Numbered from the whole stretch's first letter, positions 50,292-63,033 are shown. The stretch: DNA of 63,367 nt, filler included, from Saprolegnia diclina VS20 (GCF_000281045.1; 8 parts of 2 records of this genome joined end to end with filler, not necessarily neighbours in it), one strand, 5' to 3'. Notes: a model not told the origin generated them from the sequence alone. Numbers and translations are program-made.

Positions 50292-51020
50292 TCACTGGAA
50301 CTGCGCCGCCATCGCAATCGCTCGGTCCGAGAGCGCGTGGAGCTGGCCCGTGTTGGTGTCGAGGGCGCGACAGAGCACATTGAGCCGCGCCTCGATGGCG
50401 CAGAGCACGGCCTCGAGGCCGCTGATCGCTGCGTCCAGCGTCCCGTGCAGATGCGCCGCGGATCTTGCGTGCGCCATGGCCGAGCCCATCTCGTCGCAAA
50501 TGCGGTCGAACATGGACTGCTCCAGCGTCAAAACGCGGGACTGCGTGGCCTCCACAGCGCGCAAGATCACGCTCGTGATGACATCGTCCAGCGCTCCATC
50601 TGCGGCAGAGAGACGATCGTCCAAGTCGTTGCCCGCAGAGCGAATGCCGGCGATAGCAAGCCGTACTGTCGCGAGCATGCGTTGCAGCTCCTGCACCTCG
50701 CCCGTGACGCTGCGGACCGTATCAGCGATGCGCTGCGTCTCGCTGAGGATCGAAGCAACCGCGTCGCCCACCGACGTGCTTGGTGGAGGTGCTTCCGTGG
50801 CTGCGATCGGGGTGGCCGGCATTGTGGCTTGCATGGTCGTGTCAACGGCGGCTTCTTCGACGACCTGCGTGTTCGGGCGCTTGGCTACCGGCTCCTCGTC
50901 ATCGCTCGCCGCCGATGCACGAGCGCGCTTGCTTTGGCGTGATGAGCTTGGACTCGCTTGCTCGGAGGTCTGCTCGTCGTCCAGCGTCGAGGCTGCGGTC
51001 GACTCCATATCACCTGCCAT
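50292..51020 (-). CDS. Hypothetical 242-aa helical/coiled-coil protein
   Basis: Single ORF with ATG, acidic low-complexity N-terminus with a KR motif (PVAKRP), heptad-like C-terminus. Confidence 0.65.
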   Translation of the reverse strand: MAGDMESTAASTLDDEQTSEQASPSSSRQSKRARASAASDDEEPVAKRPNTQVVEEAAVDTTMQATMPATPIAATEAPPPSTSVGDAVASILSETQRIADTVRSVTGEVQELQRMLATVRLAIAGIRSAGNDLDDRLSAADGALDDVITSVILRAVEATQSRVLTLEQSMFDRICDEMGSAMAHARSAAHLHGTLDAAISGLEAVLCAIEARLNVLCRALDTNTGQLHALSDRAIAMAAQFQ

Positions 51021-52166
51021 CTTTGGTGTGGGTTTGGAAGAAAACCTCTAGTATTCTATATCTCTCATAGTCGATTCTCTGGTTAAACTGCCAGAATCGA
51101 TGTTTGTCGGTTGCACTTGTTCATAAAAGCGGTGACCGCCTCGCTCAGCGCGTATCGAGTCGCACTCTGCTAGAACACAAGGAGCACGTGTGGTTGGAAT
51201 CCCACTTCACGACGCTCGGTAAACGACGCTACCCGGTGCATTCCTCCGCAAAGCCCAAGCGAAATCCTGTGTCCAAGCGCAACCTCGTGGCAGTCCAAAA
51301 GGGCAGCAGCTGGCAAGGCAGCAATGATCAGACATTTCTGCAGAGTACTTCGCTAATATCGTGGTTTGCTCAGTTGCTACGAAAGCAAACCGTAGATCGG
51401 GTGTTACTCGTTCCATCGGCTTCGCGTCTTTGGCGCGCCAGTCAGCAAACCTGGTTGAAGTCGCGACGGCTCAAGCGTGCAACTTCAAATTTGGCTTCAA
51501 CGTTATCCGTCTTGGTGTTGAGGGAAAAAAGAGCAGCCAAAGTAGCTTACTGAAGACAACACTTCCACTCCCCAGCTCATACCGCGTGTTTGCTCTTCTT
51601 TCCATCGGTTCCAGGCATCGACACCGCCTCTGCAACGCTCGCCAAGTGCACACTGCGGCTCGCAACGACTCGCTACGCGAGCGGCTACTTGCGCTTGTCA
51701 TATTACACGTTAGCTTGGCTGTATGACGTTTTGTTTCGTCGCCAATTTACCCAGACTGGGTCGGCGTGAGCGAGCAACTTCAAGCGCGAGCATAGCGTGA
51801 TGGTCTAAATCGCACAATCACCACCTTTAGAAACTAATATATTGGACCCAATATGCGCGGTTGTGGTGTCTCGGGCACCACATGTGTGATTCGCTGTAAC
51901 TGGCGTGGCGATGATCCGATTACGGTATATGCGGTCTAAACGGTAAACACGGGCCCGGGCCTCAATATTGCCACATGCACGGTCTAGCATCGTGGCCCGA
52001 CCCAGAATATTACACCGGTGGGACGCGCCTTGAGCCTGCCACCTTCCTGGGTGCGATGATGCTACGACAAGCTCAAACAAGAGCGTGTTATTCTACGGTT
52101 GTACGTTTGACGTAGTCCCCACCACCGAGTTCGTCACAACTCAATTTGCGTCCTTACAGCAACAGT

Positions 52167-52288
52167 ATGGACGCCAACTACCACGAAGCGCTCGACGTCA
52201 AGGAGAAGCACCTCCAGGACGAGGGCGAGAACGAGATCCCGCAGCACATCCTCGACCAGATCAAGGAGTACCGCAACGTCATCTACTG
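52167..52288 (+). CDS. 5' start of a gene cut by gap (possibly a POT/PTR peptide transporter)
   Basis: MDANYHEALDVKEKHLQDEGENEIPQHILDQIKEYRNVIY with strong codon bias, preceded by Inr/FPR-like TCACAACTCAATTTGC. The family call is weak. Confidence 0.45.
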
Positions 52289-52963
52289 NNNNNNNNNNNN
52301 NNNNNNNNNNNNNNNNNNNNNNNNNNNNNNNNTTAATTAATTAANNNNNNNNNNNNNNNNNNNNNNNNNNNNNNNNNNNNNNNNNNNNACTTGTCTCTCG
52401 CTGAACGAATAGTCCTTGTCCTTCAGTGCAATAACTAGTCGACACGGATAAGGTAAAGGGCCCAAGTCCCTTCACAACCACCGCGTCTACTTCTGATCGG
52501 TGTTGGCTTGAATTGGCAACAGGAGTGCTGACGTGTCATTTCTGGCTCTGTATTAACGCGTAAACGTGGCCACGTGTTGGCCCCTCGTCTCGACATGTAC
52601 ATAGCTATGGTAAGGGGTGGCGACTGAGAAACTACGTACATCCCGAAGTGTGACGTTGCTACAACACTGCAATTTGGTACATATATTCGAATGTAATCGC
52701 GATTTTTGCACGCCCGTGCGAGATCGAATGTTGAAGTCTCGACGAGATATCCGAACGGCCCGCGTCCCATCGTATCCAGCTCGCTGGCCGTTCGAACAGC
52801 CTCGGAGCGATACACTTGGTGTTTGTATGCAAATACGACGATGCAGTCAAACCCGACCAGATGGTTGCAGTCGTGGCCGGCGCGGCTTGCAAGTCGGGTG
52901 GATTAACTCATCAGCGAGCCGTCGACGCAAGAAGGCAAGGCCATTATCGTATCTTCGCTCAAC

Positions 52964-55114
52964 ATGCCACAAGAACTCGCCGACGTCGCGCCGCAGCTGC
53001 TGCAGAAGGAGCGGGCGACCGCGACCTTCCAGACTGCGACGTGCGTCGACCTCGTGCTTGGCTCCAAGGCGTGGCAGGCGCGCATGGCCCACCTCCGGTC
53101 GCTTATCGAAGCGCACCCGGTCCTCTCGGACCGCGACATGATGTACCGCAACCACAAGGAGCGGTACGAGGTCGCGCTCGCCAAGTCGCACGCGTTTGTG
53201 TCCTTCCTCGAAGCGCACAACATCACGGCGCCGGACGAGCAGCAGTTTGTTTACTACCAGCTCGGCGAGCCGCTGCCCATCGACGTCCACCGGTCCATGT
53301 TCATCCCGACGCTCGAGACACAGATGGACGACGAGCAGCGCGACTACTGGCTCCCGCTCGCGCGCGAGGCCAAGATCCTCGGTGCGTACGCCCAAACCGA
53401 GCTCGGTCACGGCTCCAACGTCCAAGGCATCGAGACGACTGCGATCTACGACGCAACGACCGAAGAGTTTGTCTTGCACTCGCCGACGCTCACGAGCCGC
53501 AAGTGGTGGCCCGGTGGTCTCGGCAAGACCGCCAACCACGCCGTTGTGCATGCCCGACTGACACTTAGCGGCAAGGACCGCGGTGTGCAGGCCTTCTTGG
53601 TGCCGCTGCGGGACATGACAACGCACATGCCCTTGCGTGGCATTAGTATTGGCGACATTGGCCCCAAGATTGGGTTTCAGTCGGTCGACAATGGGTACGA
53701 ACGACTACATGACGTGGCAAGCTCCTGACGATCGTCTGTGATAGCTACTGCGCGTTCGACCAAGTACGCATTCCGCGCCGACACATGCTCATGCGCTTTG
53801 CCAAAGTACTGCCGAACGGCGACTTTGTCAAGCCGCCGACCGACAAGCTCGTGTACTTTACCATGGTCCGCGTCCGCGTCTTCATCTCGTACATTTGCTA
53901 CCGGTACCCAACTTTCTCTTGCGCTAGCAACGTCGATCGACATCTCTAGGTACATGGCGTTTGTCGTGACGATCGCGACTCGATTCAGCGCCGCGCGGCT
54001 CCAAGGCTATGTGCGTGGTAGCAAGACCGAGGAAGTGCCCGTGCTTGCCTACGAGAACCAGCAGCTCACGCTCTTTCCGCTCATTGGGCTCAGCTACGCC
54101 GCCATGTTCACCTCGCGCCGCCTCACCAGCATCTACGACAGCATGGTCTCGGCGCTCGGCGGCTCCATGGACGCGCGTACGTCAGTACATTCTTGTCATA
54201 CGCTCACGCCTTGGATGGTAGACAAGCTCGATATGCTCAACCAGCTCCATGCGACGTCGTCGGGCTTGAAGGCGCTTCTGACGACCGAAGTCGGCAATGG
54301 CATGGAGCGGGCGCGCCGCGCCTGCGGTGGCCACGGCTTTAGCGCGTCGAGCAACATCCCGCACCTGATGCAAGAGTTCATTGGCGCGTGCACGTACGAA
54401 GGCACGTTCGATGTGCTCGTCCAGCAGCACGGCGCGTCGCTCCTCAAGCGTCTCCACAAGCCCGCGCCAGGCCCGCCCTCATCGATGGACCTCTTTGGCT
54501 ACATGCGTGTGGACGCGTCGTCGCCGTGCGATGCGATGACACCCGAGATGCTGCTCGAGCCGTCGACACTCCTCCGCGCGTTCCAAGTGCGCGCACTCAA
54601 GACGCTGCTCGTCGCCGACCGCCACCGGGCGTCCATGCACTGCATCACACGCGCATCGATGGGCCACGCCGAGTCGGTGATCCTCCAGTGCTTCTACGAC
54701 GGTGTCGGTCACATGCAAGACACCGCGCTGCGCAACGCCATGCGTCAGCTCTGGCAACTGTACGCGCTCTGGCGCATGAGCGAGCACCTCGGCGAGTTCC
54801 GCATGGACGACTACCTCAGCGCGACCCAGGCGACGTGGGTGACGGACGGTCGCTTGAGTTTGCTGCCGCAGCTGCGTCCGAACGCGGTGGCGCTTGTGGA
54901 CGGCTTTGGCATCACAGATTTCGAGCTCAACTCGGCCATCGGACGGTACCTTCTGTTGACGAGGATCAGGGTTGTCTGAGGTTGGGGTTGTAGGTACGAC
55001 GGTGACATTTACCGGGCGCTGATTGCGCGTGCGGCCAAGGAGCCGCTCAACCAAACGGACGTTGTGGAGGGGTATCACAAGTACCTCCAGCCGATTCTTG
55101 CGTCCAAGCTCTAA
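52964..55114 (+). CDS. ACOX1: Peroxisomal acyl-CoA oxidase, full length, with PTS1
   Basis: AYAQTELGHGSNVQGIETTA, KWWPGGLGKTAN, GDIGPKIG...VDNG, RRACGGHGF, CTYEG, LRPNAVALVDGF, NSAIGR/YDGDIY; ends LASKL-TAA (55112-55114); four introns. Confidence 0.95.
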
Positions 55115-55229
55115 GGGACTTCCCTCCTACGACCAATCGCTTGCCGACTTTTAAACGTTGAAATACATTTTTGAATCGTAAGGTCGTGAGATCTCACAGC
55201 AGTTAGGGTTGATGCCTTCATGTGACTAA

Positions 55230-55267
55230 ATGGATGAATAGATGGATAGATAGATGGATAGATAGAT
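55230..55267. repeat. Imperfect (GATA/GATG)n microsatellite
   Basis: atggatgaatagatggatagatagatggatagatagat. Confidence 0.8.
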
Positions 55268-56085
55268 CGCGTGCATCAGCTGCGTCGATGCCAGCGCGGA
55301 TCAGCGCACGTGCCGTTGTCGGCGTCAACATACTTCATGTGCATGTGCATTGCAGCACGTCTTGCAGCACATCGAACAAGGAATCGTGCCGATTAACTAA
55401 ACATAGCGGTTTAGTTAATGCTTGCCGCTTCCTCTCGTTCGAACGAGCTGCGGAGGCCATGCCATGGGCACGACGACCTCGGCGCNNNNNNNNNNNNNNN
55501 NNNNNNNNNNNNNNNNNNNNNNNNNNNNNNNNNNNNNNNNNNNNNNNNNNNNNNNNNNNNNNNNNNNNNNNNNNNNNNNNNNNNNCAAAGTCGAATCGTT
55601 CCGACGTTGTGTCGCCCGGAAGTGCAATGTGGGCAAAGATGATAAACGAGCCAGCCCGCGGAAATGAGAGCTCTAGGGAAGGATGACAAAGCGAGCCGAG
55701 GATCGAAGCCGGTACCGTTTGTCGAGTACGTGGCCGAGTGAGCTGCGGAGGCCATGCCATGGGCACGACGACCTCGGCGCATCGATGCAGCTACTCCAAG
55801 CACCAAGAGTGTCGTTGGCGCACTCTGCAGCGCTACATGGGCGCTCTGTCATCGTCGCACGCTTGTTGCGCTTCGATCAACGGCGTGAACTCTGCGCAGC
55901 GACTCCAGCGGCGTGCACCTTCTATATGACCAAGCTACTGCTTCAACTTGGTCGACGTTGGCATTTCGCTTTTTTAATATCTTGTTATTTGTATGTAATT
56001 TAAACCAAATCCAAATCCAGGCAGTAGCCAATCACAGACGGCGGTGCTAGAAAGGCCATCACAACAAGCTCACTTTGCCTTTTCG

Positions 56086-56826
56086 ATGACGGTGCCCAAG
56101 GAGCTCGCCGACGTGGCCATCGAGCGGCTCGCTGCCGAGCGGGCGACCGCGACGTTCACGACTGAGGCGTGCGTTGACCTTGTCCTTGGCTCCAAGGCGT
56201 GGCAGGCGCGCATGGTCTACCTCCGGTCGCTTGTCGAAGCGCACCCGGTCCTCTCAGACCGCGACATGATGTACCGCAACCACAAGGAGCGGTATACCTT
56301 TGCGCTGCAAAAGGCGCACGCGTACACGCGCTTCTTGCAAGAGCACAACCTTACCGACGCCACTGAGCGGACGTTTGTGTACGAGCTCCTCGGCGAGCCG
56401 CTGCCCATCGACGTCCACCGGTCCATGTTCATCCCGACGCTCGAGACGCAGATGGACGACGAGCAGCGTGCCTACTGGCTCCCGCTCGCGCGCGAGGCCA
56501 AGATCCTCGGGGGCTATGCACAGACGGAGCTCGGTCACGGCTCCAACGTTCAAGGCATCGAGACGACTGCGATCTACGATGCGACGACCGAAGAGTTTGT
56601 CCTGCACTCACCGACGCTCACAAGCCGCAAGTGGTGGCCCGGTGGTCTCGGCAAGACGGCAACGCACATTGTCCTCCACGCCCGATTGACGCTCAACGGC
56701 AAGGACCGCGGTGTGCAGGCCTTCTTGGTGCCACTGCGGGACCCGACGACGCACGCCACGCTCCCGGGCCTCGAGATTGGCGACATTGGACCCAAGATCG
56801 GATTCCAGTCGGTCGACAACGGGTAA
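56086..56826 (+). pseudogene. Acyl-CoA oxidase paralog 2, exon 1 only (truncated)
   Basis: Close paralog of exon 1 of the 52964 gene. After the intron (ending TTATAG at about 56860) the frame reads CLV-stop and no exon 2 follows. Confidence 0.8.
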
Positions 56827-56884
56827 CGTTATTGTCCTATCGCACGTGGTTGTTCTTATAGTTGTCTGGTATAGATAGTACTGT

Positions 56885-57121
56885 CGTGTCATTTCTGGCG
56901 CTGTATTTACACGTACATAGCTATGGTAAGGGGTGGCGACTGAGAAACTACGTACATCCCGAGGTGTGACGTTGCTACAACACTGAAATTTGGTACATTT
57001 ATTCAATATGTTTTCGCGATTTTTGCACGAGATATCCGAACGGCCCGCGTCCCATCGTATCCAGCTCGCTGGCCGTTCGAACAGCCTCGGAGCGATACAC
57101 TTGGTGTTTGTATGCAAATAC
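56885..57121 (+). repeat. Diverged copy of the ACOX upstream region 52532-52836
   Basis: Shared blocks (gtacatagctatggtaaggggtggcgactgagaaac..., gagatatccgaacggcccg...tatgcaaatac) with two deletions. Confidence 0.88.
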
Positions 57122-57260
57122 NNNNNNNNNNNNNNNNNNNNNNNNNNNNNNNNNNNNNNNNNNNNTTAATTAATTAANNNNNNNNNNNNNNNNNNNNNNN
57201 NNNNNNNNNNNNNNNNNNNNNACAACTATAAGAACAACCACGTGCGATAGGACAATAACG

Positions 57261-57995
57261 TTACCCATTGTCGACCGACTGGAATCCGATCTTGGGTCCA
57301 ATGTCGCCAATCTCGAGGCCTGGCAGCGTGGCGTGCGTCGTCAAATCCCGCAGCGGCACCAAGAAGGCCTGCACGCCGCGGTCCTTGCCGTTGAGCGTCA
57401 ATCGGGCAATCACGATCGCGTGGTTGGCCGTCTTGCCAAGGCCACCGGGCCACCACTTGCGGCTCGTGAGCGTCGGCGAGTGCAGGACAAACTCTTCGGT
57501 CGTCGCATCGTAGATCGCGGTTGTTTCGACAGCTTGGACGTTGGAGCCGTGGCCGAGCTCCGTCTGTGCGTAGCAGCCAAGGATCTTGGCCTCGCGCGCG
57601 AGCGGGAGCCAGTAGTCGCGCTGCTCGTCGTCCATCTGCGTCTCGAGCATTGGAACAAACATCCCGCGGTGGACGTCAATCGGGAGCGGCTCACCGAGAA
57701 GGTCGCAGACATAGTCGCGCTCTTTCGCATCGGTCACTTGGTGCTCTTGGAGAAAGGACACGAGCGCGCGGATCTTTCGCAGCACAAAGCTATACCGCTC
57801 CTGGTGGTTGCGGTACATCATGTCGCGGTCCGAGAGCACCGGGTGTGCTTCGATGAGCGACCGAAGGTACGCCATGCGCGCCTGCCACGCCTTGGTGCCA
57901 AGAACGAGGTCGACGCACGCCTCGGTCGTGAACGTCGCGGTCGCCCGCTCGGCGGCGAGCCGCTCGATGGCCACGTTGGCGAGCTCCTTGGACAT
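57261..57995 (-). CDS. Acyl-CoA oxidase paralog 3, exon 1; remainder in gap or absent
   Basis: MSKELANVAIERL...CYAQTELGHGSNVQ...VDNG, followed by the same intron sequence as paralog 2, then a gap. Confidence 0.82.
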   Translation of the reverse strand: MSKELANVAIERLAAERATATFTTEACVDLVLGTKAWQARMAYLRSLIEAHPVLSDRDMMYRNHQERYSFVLRKIRALVSFLQEHQVTDAKERDYVCDLLGEPLPIDVHRGMFVPMLETQMDDEQRDYWLPLAREAKILGCYAQTELGHGSNVQAVETTAIYDATTEEFVLHSPTLTSRKWWPGGLGKTANHAIVIARLTLNGKDRGVQAFLVPLRDLTTHATLPGLEIGDIGPKIGFQSVDNG

Positions 57996-58984
57996 TGATA
58001 AATGCAAAATGAAGTCGACACCTCCACCTGGAAAGACGCGGGTTGGCCTTTCTGGAAGGATACGGCGCGTTGATTGACCGAGGCCGATGTCGAGCATCCC
58101 AACTGGATGCGCATGACCAGAATCGTCGAGTCAGCTGTCATGCGGTAGTTGAAGTATCGCTCTGGTCGGGCACCAAATGTACTTGGTGACCTTGCACCGA
58201 GCAGCTTCAGACGACCTCGCGCCCACTTGAAGTGAGCTTCACGTAGTTGATGGAGGCTGCCATGAGGCCAACCCAATATCGTACTATTAACCCTTAGCCG
58301 CACGGTGGGTGCTCTGGTGGATGCTACTGTCGAGTGCTGAAAGGACGTCGATGCAATCTGATTCCACCGTAGACGCGTACATCTTTCTTCTGATTGGGTA
58401 ACAAGGTCCACGACAATCGTCTTTGCCCCATCCTACGACACGGTCTCGCGTCATTCATCTCGCGCCGGAAGCTAGCGATCAACCTATGCATATAACAGAG
58501 CGGAAGCGTGGGCAACNNNNNNNNNNNNNNNNNNNNNNNNNNNNNNNNNNNNNNNNNNNNTTAATTAATTAANNNNNNNNNNNNNNNNNNNNNNNNNNNN
58601 NNNNNNNNNNNNNNNNAGATTGCGTCGAATTGACCCACCAGTAAGATACCAACTGTGTGGTGGTTCGTTGGCGCGTCGCGATCACCTGCAATATCTACGC
58701 AGAAGGATCTGAGATCTTGGTTTGTAGATTTGGTGAATGCCAAAGCAAAACTGCGCCGGTAGAGCTGGTAGAGCGGAATACTTGATTGCAGCGTGCTATC
58801 GCAGCAATGACGTCGATACATTGCTGGGGCAACAGTGGGCGCGGCACTTCAACTCTCCTGTGTCCCCACCAATACTGCATTAGTAGGGCAGACAAGCAAC
58901 AATAAGGTCCTATACTGATGTATTGCGAATGTGGATACCAATAACGCCACCTCATACGTGGCTGCGCAAAATTATATGACATGC

Positions 58985-60051
58985 TTATGCTCGGCCCTGG
59001 AACGTGCTGCTCATCTCAGCGTCGGCGTAGCGTCCGCCGACTTGCTCCGGAATCGACTGTTCGATCGCAACGATCTCGTCGGGCGTCAACTGCACCGTCG
59101 CCGCTCCAGCGTTTTCAATCAAGCGCGCCTGGCTCTTCGTGCCCGGAATCGGCACCACATCATCGCCGCTAAAACAAGACAGTGTAAGTAAATGGTCCTA
59201 GCATTTGACGAGATGTACCGGTGGAGGACCCAGGCGAGGGCCAGCTGCGCGGGCGTGACGCCCTTGGCCTTGGCAATCGCAAAAAAGTCTATGGCAATGT
59301 TCTTGGAGAGGTTCTCTGCGGCGAAGCGCGGGTTGCCCTTGCGCCAGTCCTTGGCGTCGAGCGACTCGATCGACGCGATCGCGCCCGTCAAGAGACCGCG
59401 GCCGAGCGGCGAGTAGGCCACGATGCCAACGCCGAGCTCCCGCGCCGTCTTGGCGACCGAGTCTTCAATGTCGCGCGAGTTCAACGACCACTCCATCTGG
59501 ATGGCCGAGACTGGGTGCACGGCGTGGGCGCGACGCAGCTCGCTCGACGTACACTCGGAGAGGCCAACGTACTTGATCTTGCCTTCTTCGACGAGCTCCT
59601 TGAGGGTCGCCATCGTCTCTTCGATCGGCGTCGACGGGTCCATGCGGTGCATGTAGTAGAGGTCCACCGAGTCGATGCCGAGGCGCTCCAAGGATTCGGC
59701 GAGCTGCTCACGGATAAAGGCCGGCTTGCCGCTGATGAAGCTTTGGCCGTTGGCAACACCGAGGCCAAACTTGGTCGCAATGACAAACTTGTCGCGGCCA
59801 AAGCGCTTGATGGCCTTGCCGACGAGTGCTTCGTTCGTGCGGTTGGGCTTGCCGTCGACGCCGAAGGACTGGTAGATCCACGCCGTGTCCAAAAAGTTGA
59901 TGCCGAGCTCAAGCGCCTTGCCGATCGTCTCGATGCTGGGCTCTTCGGCGGCTTCGCGGTCAAAGTCGCCGTAGAAGGCCGTCATGCCCATCGTTCCAAG
60001 GCCGATCTTGGAGACGCTGAGGCCTTGGGTACCGAGCTTGCGTTGCTGCAT
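58985..60051 (-). CDS. Aldo-keto reductase (AKR13/YakC-like), two exons
   Basis: VSKIGLGTMGM, FLDTAWIY, IATKFG, DLYYMHRMDP, KYVGLSE, IVAYSPLGRG, PAQLALAWV, VVPIPGT; intron at about 59170-59218; stop TAA at 58985-58987. Confidence 0.95.
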
Positions 60052-60505
60052 CTTGAGGAGTTTGGTGGTCGTCGTCGACGGCGAATTGAGAAATGAGAGG
60101 AAGGTGCGACGGACCGGCCGTGGCCGCACACTGAAATCGTCCTGCTTCGAGAATCTTGCAAGTTGAAGCGGCCGAGTAGTAAAGCTTGGTATTTGTATGT
60201 GATACAAACGTCAAATCAGTGCATGAGTAGTATACCTACGTATTTGTATGTGATAGAATACCCAAGCTTATTACGTGTCATGTCGACAGCTGGCAGGATA
60301 TCAGGTTGCCTTTGGCGTTTGCAGAAAATGCACCAATCAAATGCGAGAAGGCTCGCTGACGCCAGGCCGCCGCGTGCATTGCCCCATGGCGATCTACATA
60401 ATCTAAGCTACTACGAGTTGACACCACAGTCTCCTGAATGCTAACAAGACTAACGCATAGCTTAGTCCGTGGGTCCCTTCGCTTGGCGCGCCGCTCGGTG
60501 AGCTT

Positions 60506-60608
60506 TTGACGTGGTGTTGCTTGATCTTGACGTGGCTGCCAGCAAAACTCGTTCACATCAGCTTCAGATGATTACGATGCTGCGGCCTCGACGCGACTAT
60601 TGACGTGG
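60506..60608 (+). promoter_or_regulatory. Three TTGACGTGG motifs in the divergent AKR promoter
   Basis: Exact 9-mer at 60506, 60527 and 60600. Confidence 0.55.
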
Positions 60609-60775
60609 CATCGCCTCCTGCAAGTGTCTCTTTGTCACTGGTCTTTTGTATAGCATACTTGATCCTAGCTGTACTACTCAAAGCAACAGTGCACCTTTCG
60701 TGGGGACGTCTTCTGGTTCGGCTTCGTTCCCAAGCACCAGACCGATCATTTTCAGTTTCTCGATCCAACACAAAT

Positions 60776-61412
60776 ATGCAGCAGCGCAAGCTTGGCAACC
60801 AAGGTCTCAGCGTCTCGGCCATCGGCCTTGGCGCCATGGGCATGACCGCCTTCTACGGTGACTTTGACCGCGAAGCAGCTGAAGAGACCAACATTGAGAC
60901 CATTGGCAAGGCGCTCGAGCTCGGCATCAACATGATCGATACGGCGTGGATCTACCAGTCGTTTGGTATTGACGGCAAGCCCAACGTCACCAACGAAGCG
61001 CTTGTCGGCAAGGCTCTCAAGCGCTTTGGCCGCGACAAGTTTATCGTTGCGACCAAGTTTGGACTCGGCGTCGACGCCAATGGTCAACGCTACATCAGCG
61101 GCAAGCCGGCGTTCATTCGTGAGCAGCTCGCGCAGTCGTTGGAGCGTCTCGGTATCGACTCGGTGGATCTCTACTACATGCACCGCATGGACCCGTCGAC
61201 GCCAATCGAAGAGACGATGGCGACCCTCAAAGAGCTCGTCGAAGAAGGCAAGATCAAGTACGTTGGTCTCTCCGAGTGTTCGTCCAGCGAGCTGCGTCGC
61301 GCCCACGCCGTGCACCCGGTCTCGGCGATCCAGATGGAGTGGTCGCTCAACACCCGTGACATTGAAGACTCGGTCGCCAAGACGGCGCGGGAGCTCGGCG
61401 TTGGCATCGTGG
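60776..61412 (+). CDS. Aldo-keto reductase paralog, 3' end in gap
   Basis: MQQRKLGNQGLSVSAIGLGAMGM..., closely similar to the minus-strand copy and divergently oriented. Confidence 0.92.
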
Positions 61413-61512
61413 NNNNNNNNNNNNNNNNNNNNNNNNNNNNNNNNNNNNNNNNNNNNTTAATTAATTAANNNNNNNNNNNNNNNNNNNNNNNNNNNNNNNN
61501 NNNNNNNNNNNN

Positions 61513-63033
61513 ATGAGCAGTGACGGGCGCCGAGGTGGGTGCGATTCGTTGCAGGATCCCTTGATTGCGTATGGGAATGCGTAGATTCACTCGGAGACTT
61601 GCACGCAGCGGCGCACGCCGGTTTGCAGCTCCTGGCCTCCAACGAAGCACTGCAAACCACCGTGCACGAACTCGAGGCGGCCCTTCAGACCGCGCGCCTC
61701 GAGTGCGACGACTGGGCGGGCAAACACGAACTGTGCTGGAAACAGCGCTGCGAAGCTATCTACGAAGTCAACTTCCTCCTCAAGACCAACAAGGAGCTGC
61801 AGATGGAGGTCGCGCGGCTCAACGACAAGTGCGTTTGCCTCGAGCGCGAGGCCATGAAGCTTGAGAACCGCCTCGTACACGCCGAGACGAGTTTACGCCG
61901 GTACGTTGTCGAGAAGAAGGAGCGGCGCACGAGCAACCCGAGTCTACTGGCGGAGAAGCGACGCTCAAACCATGCGATTGTGGCACCCGAGCCATCGCCA
62001 CCAATCGACGTTGCCAGCGTCATGGCACCGTACGAAGCTCGTTTGCGCAGCCTGGCCGCCGAGCTGGAAGCGTCTCGTGACGTGGAGACCAAGTACGCTG
62101 CGGCGACGGGAACCATTGAGGACCAAGAGACCCAGATCGAAGACCTGAAGACCCAGATTGAGGACCAGAAACACCAGATCGAGAACCTGCAAGCGCAGGC
62201 CGAGAGCATCACGGCCCAATGCGAGAGCTGGAGAGCGCAGAGCGATAGCAACAAGGCACGCCTTAGTGGCTTGGAAGAGGAGCAGATCGAGGAACGTGCG
62301 GTCTTGGCGTCGATGCGCGAGTCCACGGAGCACCTCAAACAAGTTGTCGCAAGTTCATGTATTGCGCTAACACGCTCCTGTGTAGAACATCGCAGCTCTC
62401 GAAGATGCTTTGGCCGAGGCCCAAAGACAAGCATCGATCAGCCATGACTTGCGCGATCGTCTCGTCGCATTGCACGTATGCATGGTCGTGCCCAGCAACC
62501 AGACGGACGAACCAGAATCTAGATCTGACGACGAGACGCAGCGCTTGGCTGAAACACTTGACCACGTGCTGGAGCTTCTCAACGAGTTGAAGAACCAGCA
62601 GCCTCTCTCGTGGCTCCAGCGCCCCACAATCCTGACGCTTCCTGGAGCCAACGACAACGCTGCTGAAAATCAATCCACGCCACTCGGTACAGTTTACGCA
62701 TATCCGAAGCATCATTCCATTTCTCTTGGCGCAGACAAGCGTACATTGACGGAGCCTATTCGACGCCTCAAGGAAGTCTACCATGCTGCGTCCGAAGCGG
62801 ACGTCATGGGGCTCACCGATTGGCTTCATCATGCGAAGCGAGGTACTGGCATTGGTCGACCCTTCCGGCTGTACGATCTGTCGCCAAACGAAGTGCACGG
62901 CGTCCTTACGCAGCTTATGCCGCTGCTGCAACAACAGTGCGGTGTCGCGATCCAAGCCCAACGCACCGACCGCGTCCTCTACAACTCAGATCTCAGTTTG
63001 CGCGCGCAGACAACGGCAGATACAAGTACATGA
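61513..63033 (+). CDS. Coiled-coil hypothetical protein, 5' end possibly in gap
   Basis: ORFs 61539 and 62410 joined by short introns; heptad repeat IEDQETQ-IEDLKTQ-IEDQKHQ-IENLQAQ; stop at 63031-63033. Confidence 0.7.

Noticed and set aside
55445..55960. 41-bp direct repeat (55445-55485 and 55740-55780) and an ankyrin-like trace (HSAALHGRSVIVARLL)
   Set aside because: The repeat ends at a gap edge and the ankyrin similarity is too short and degenerate to call.
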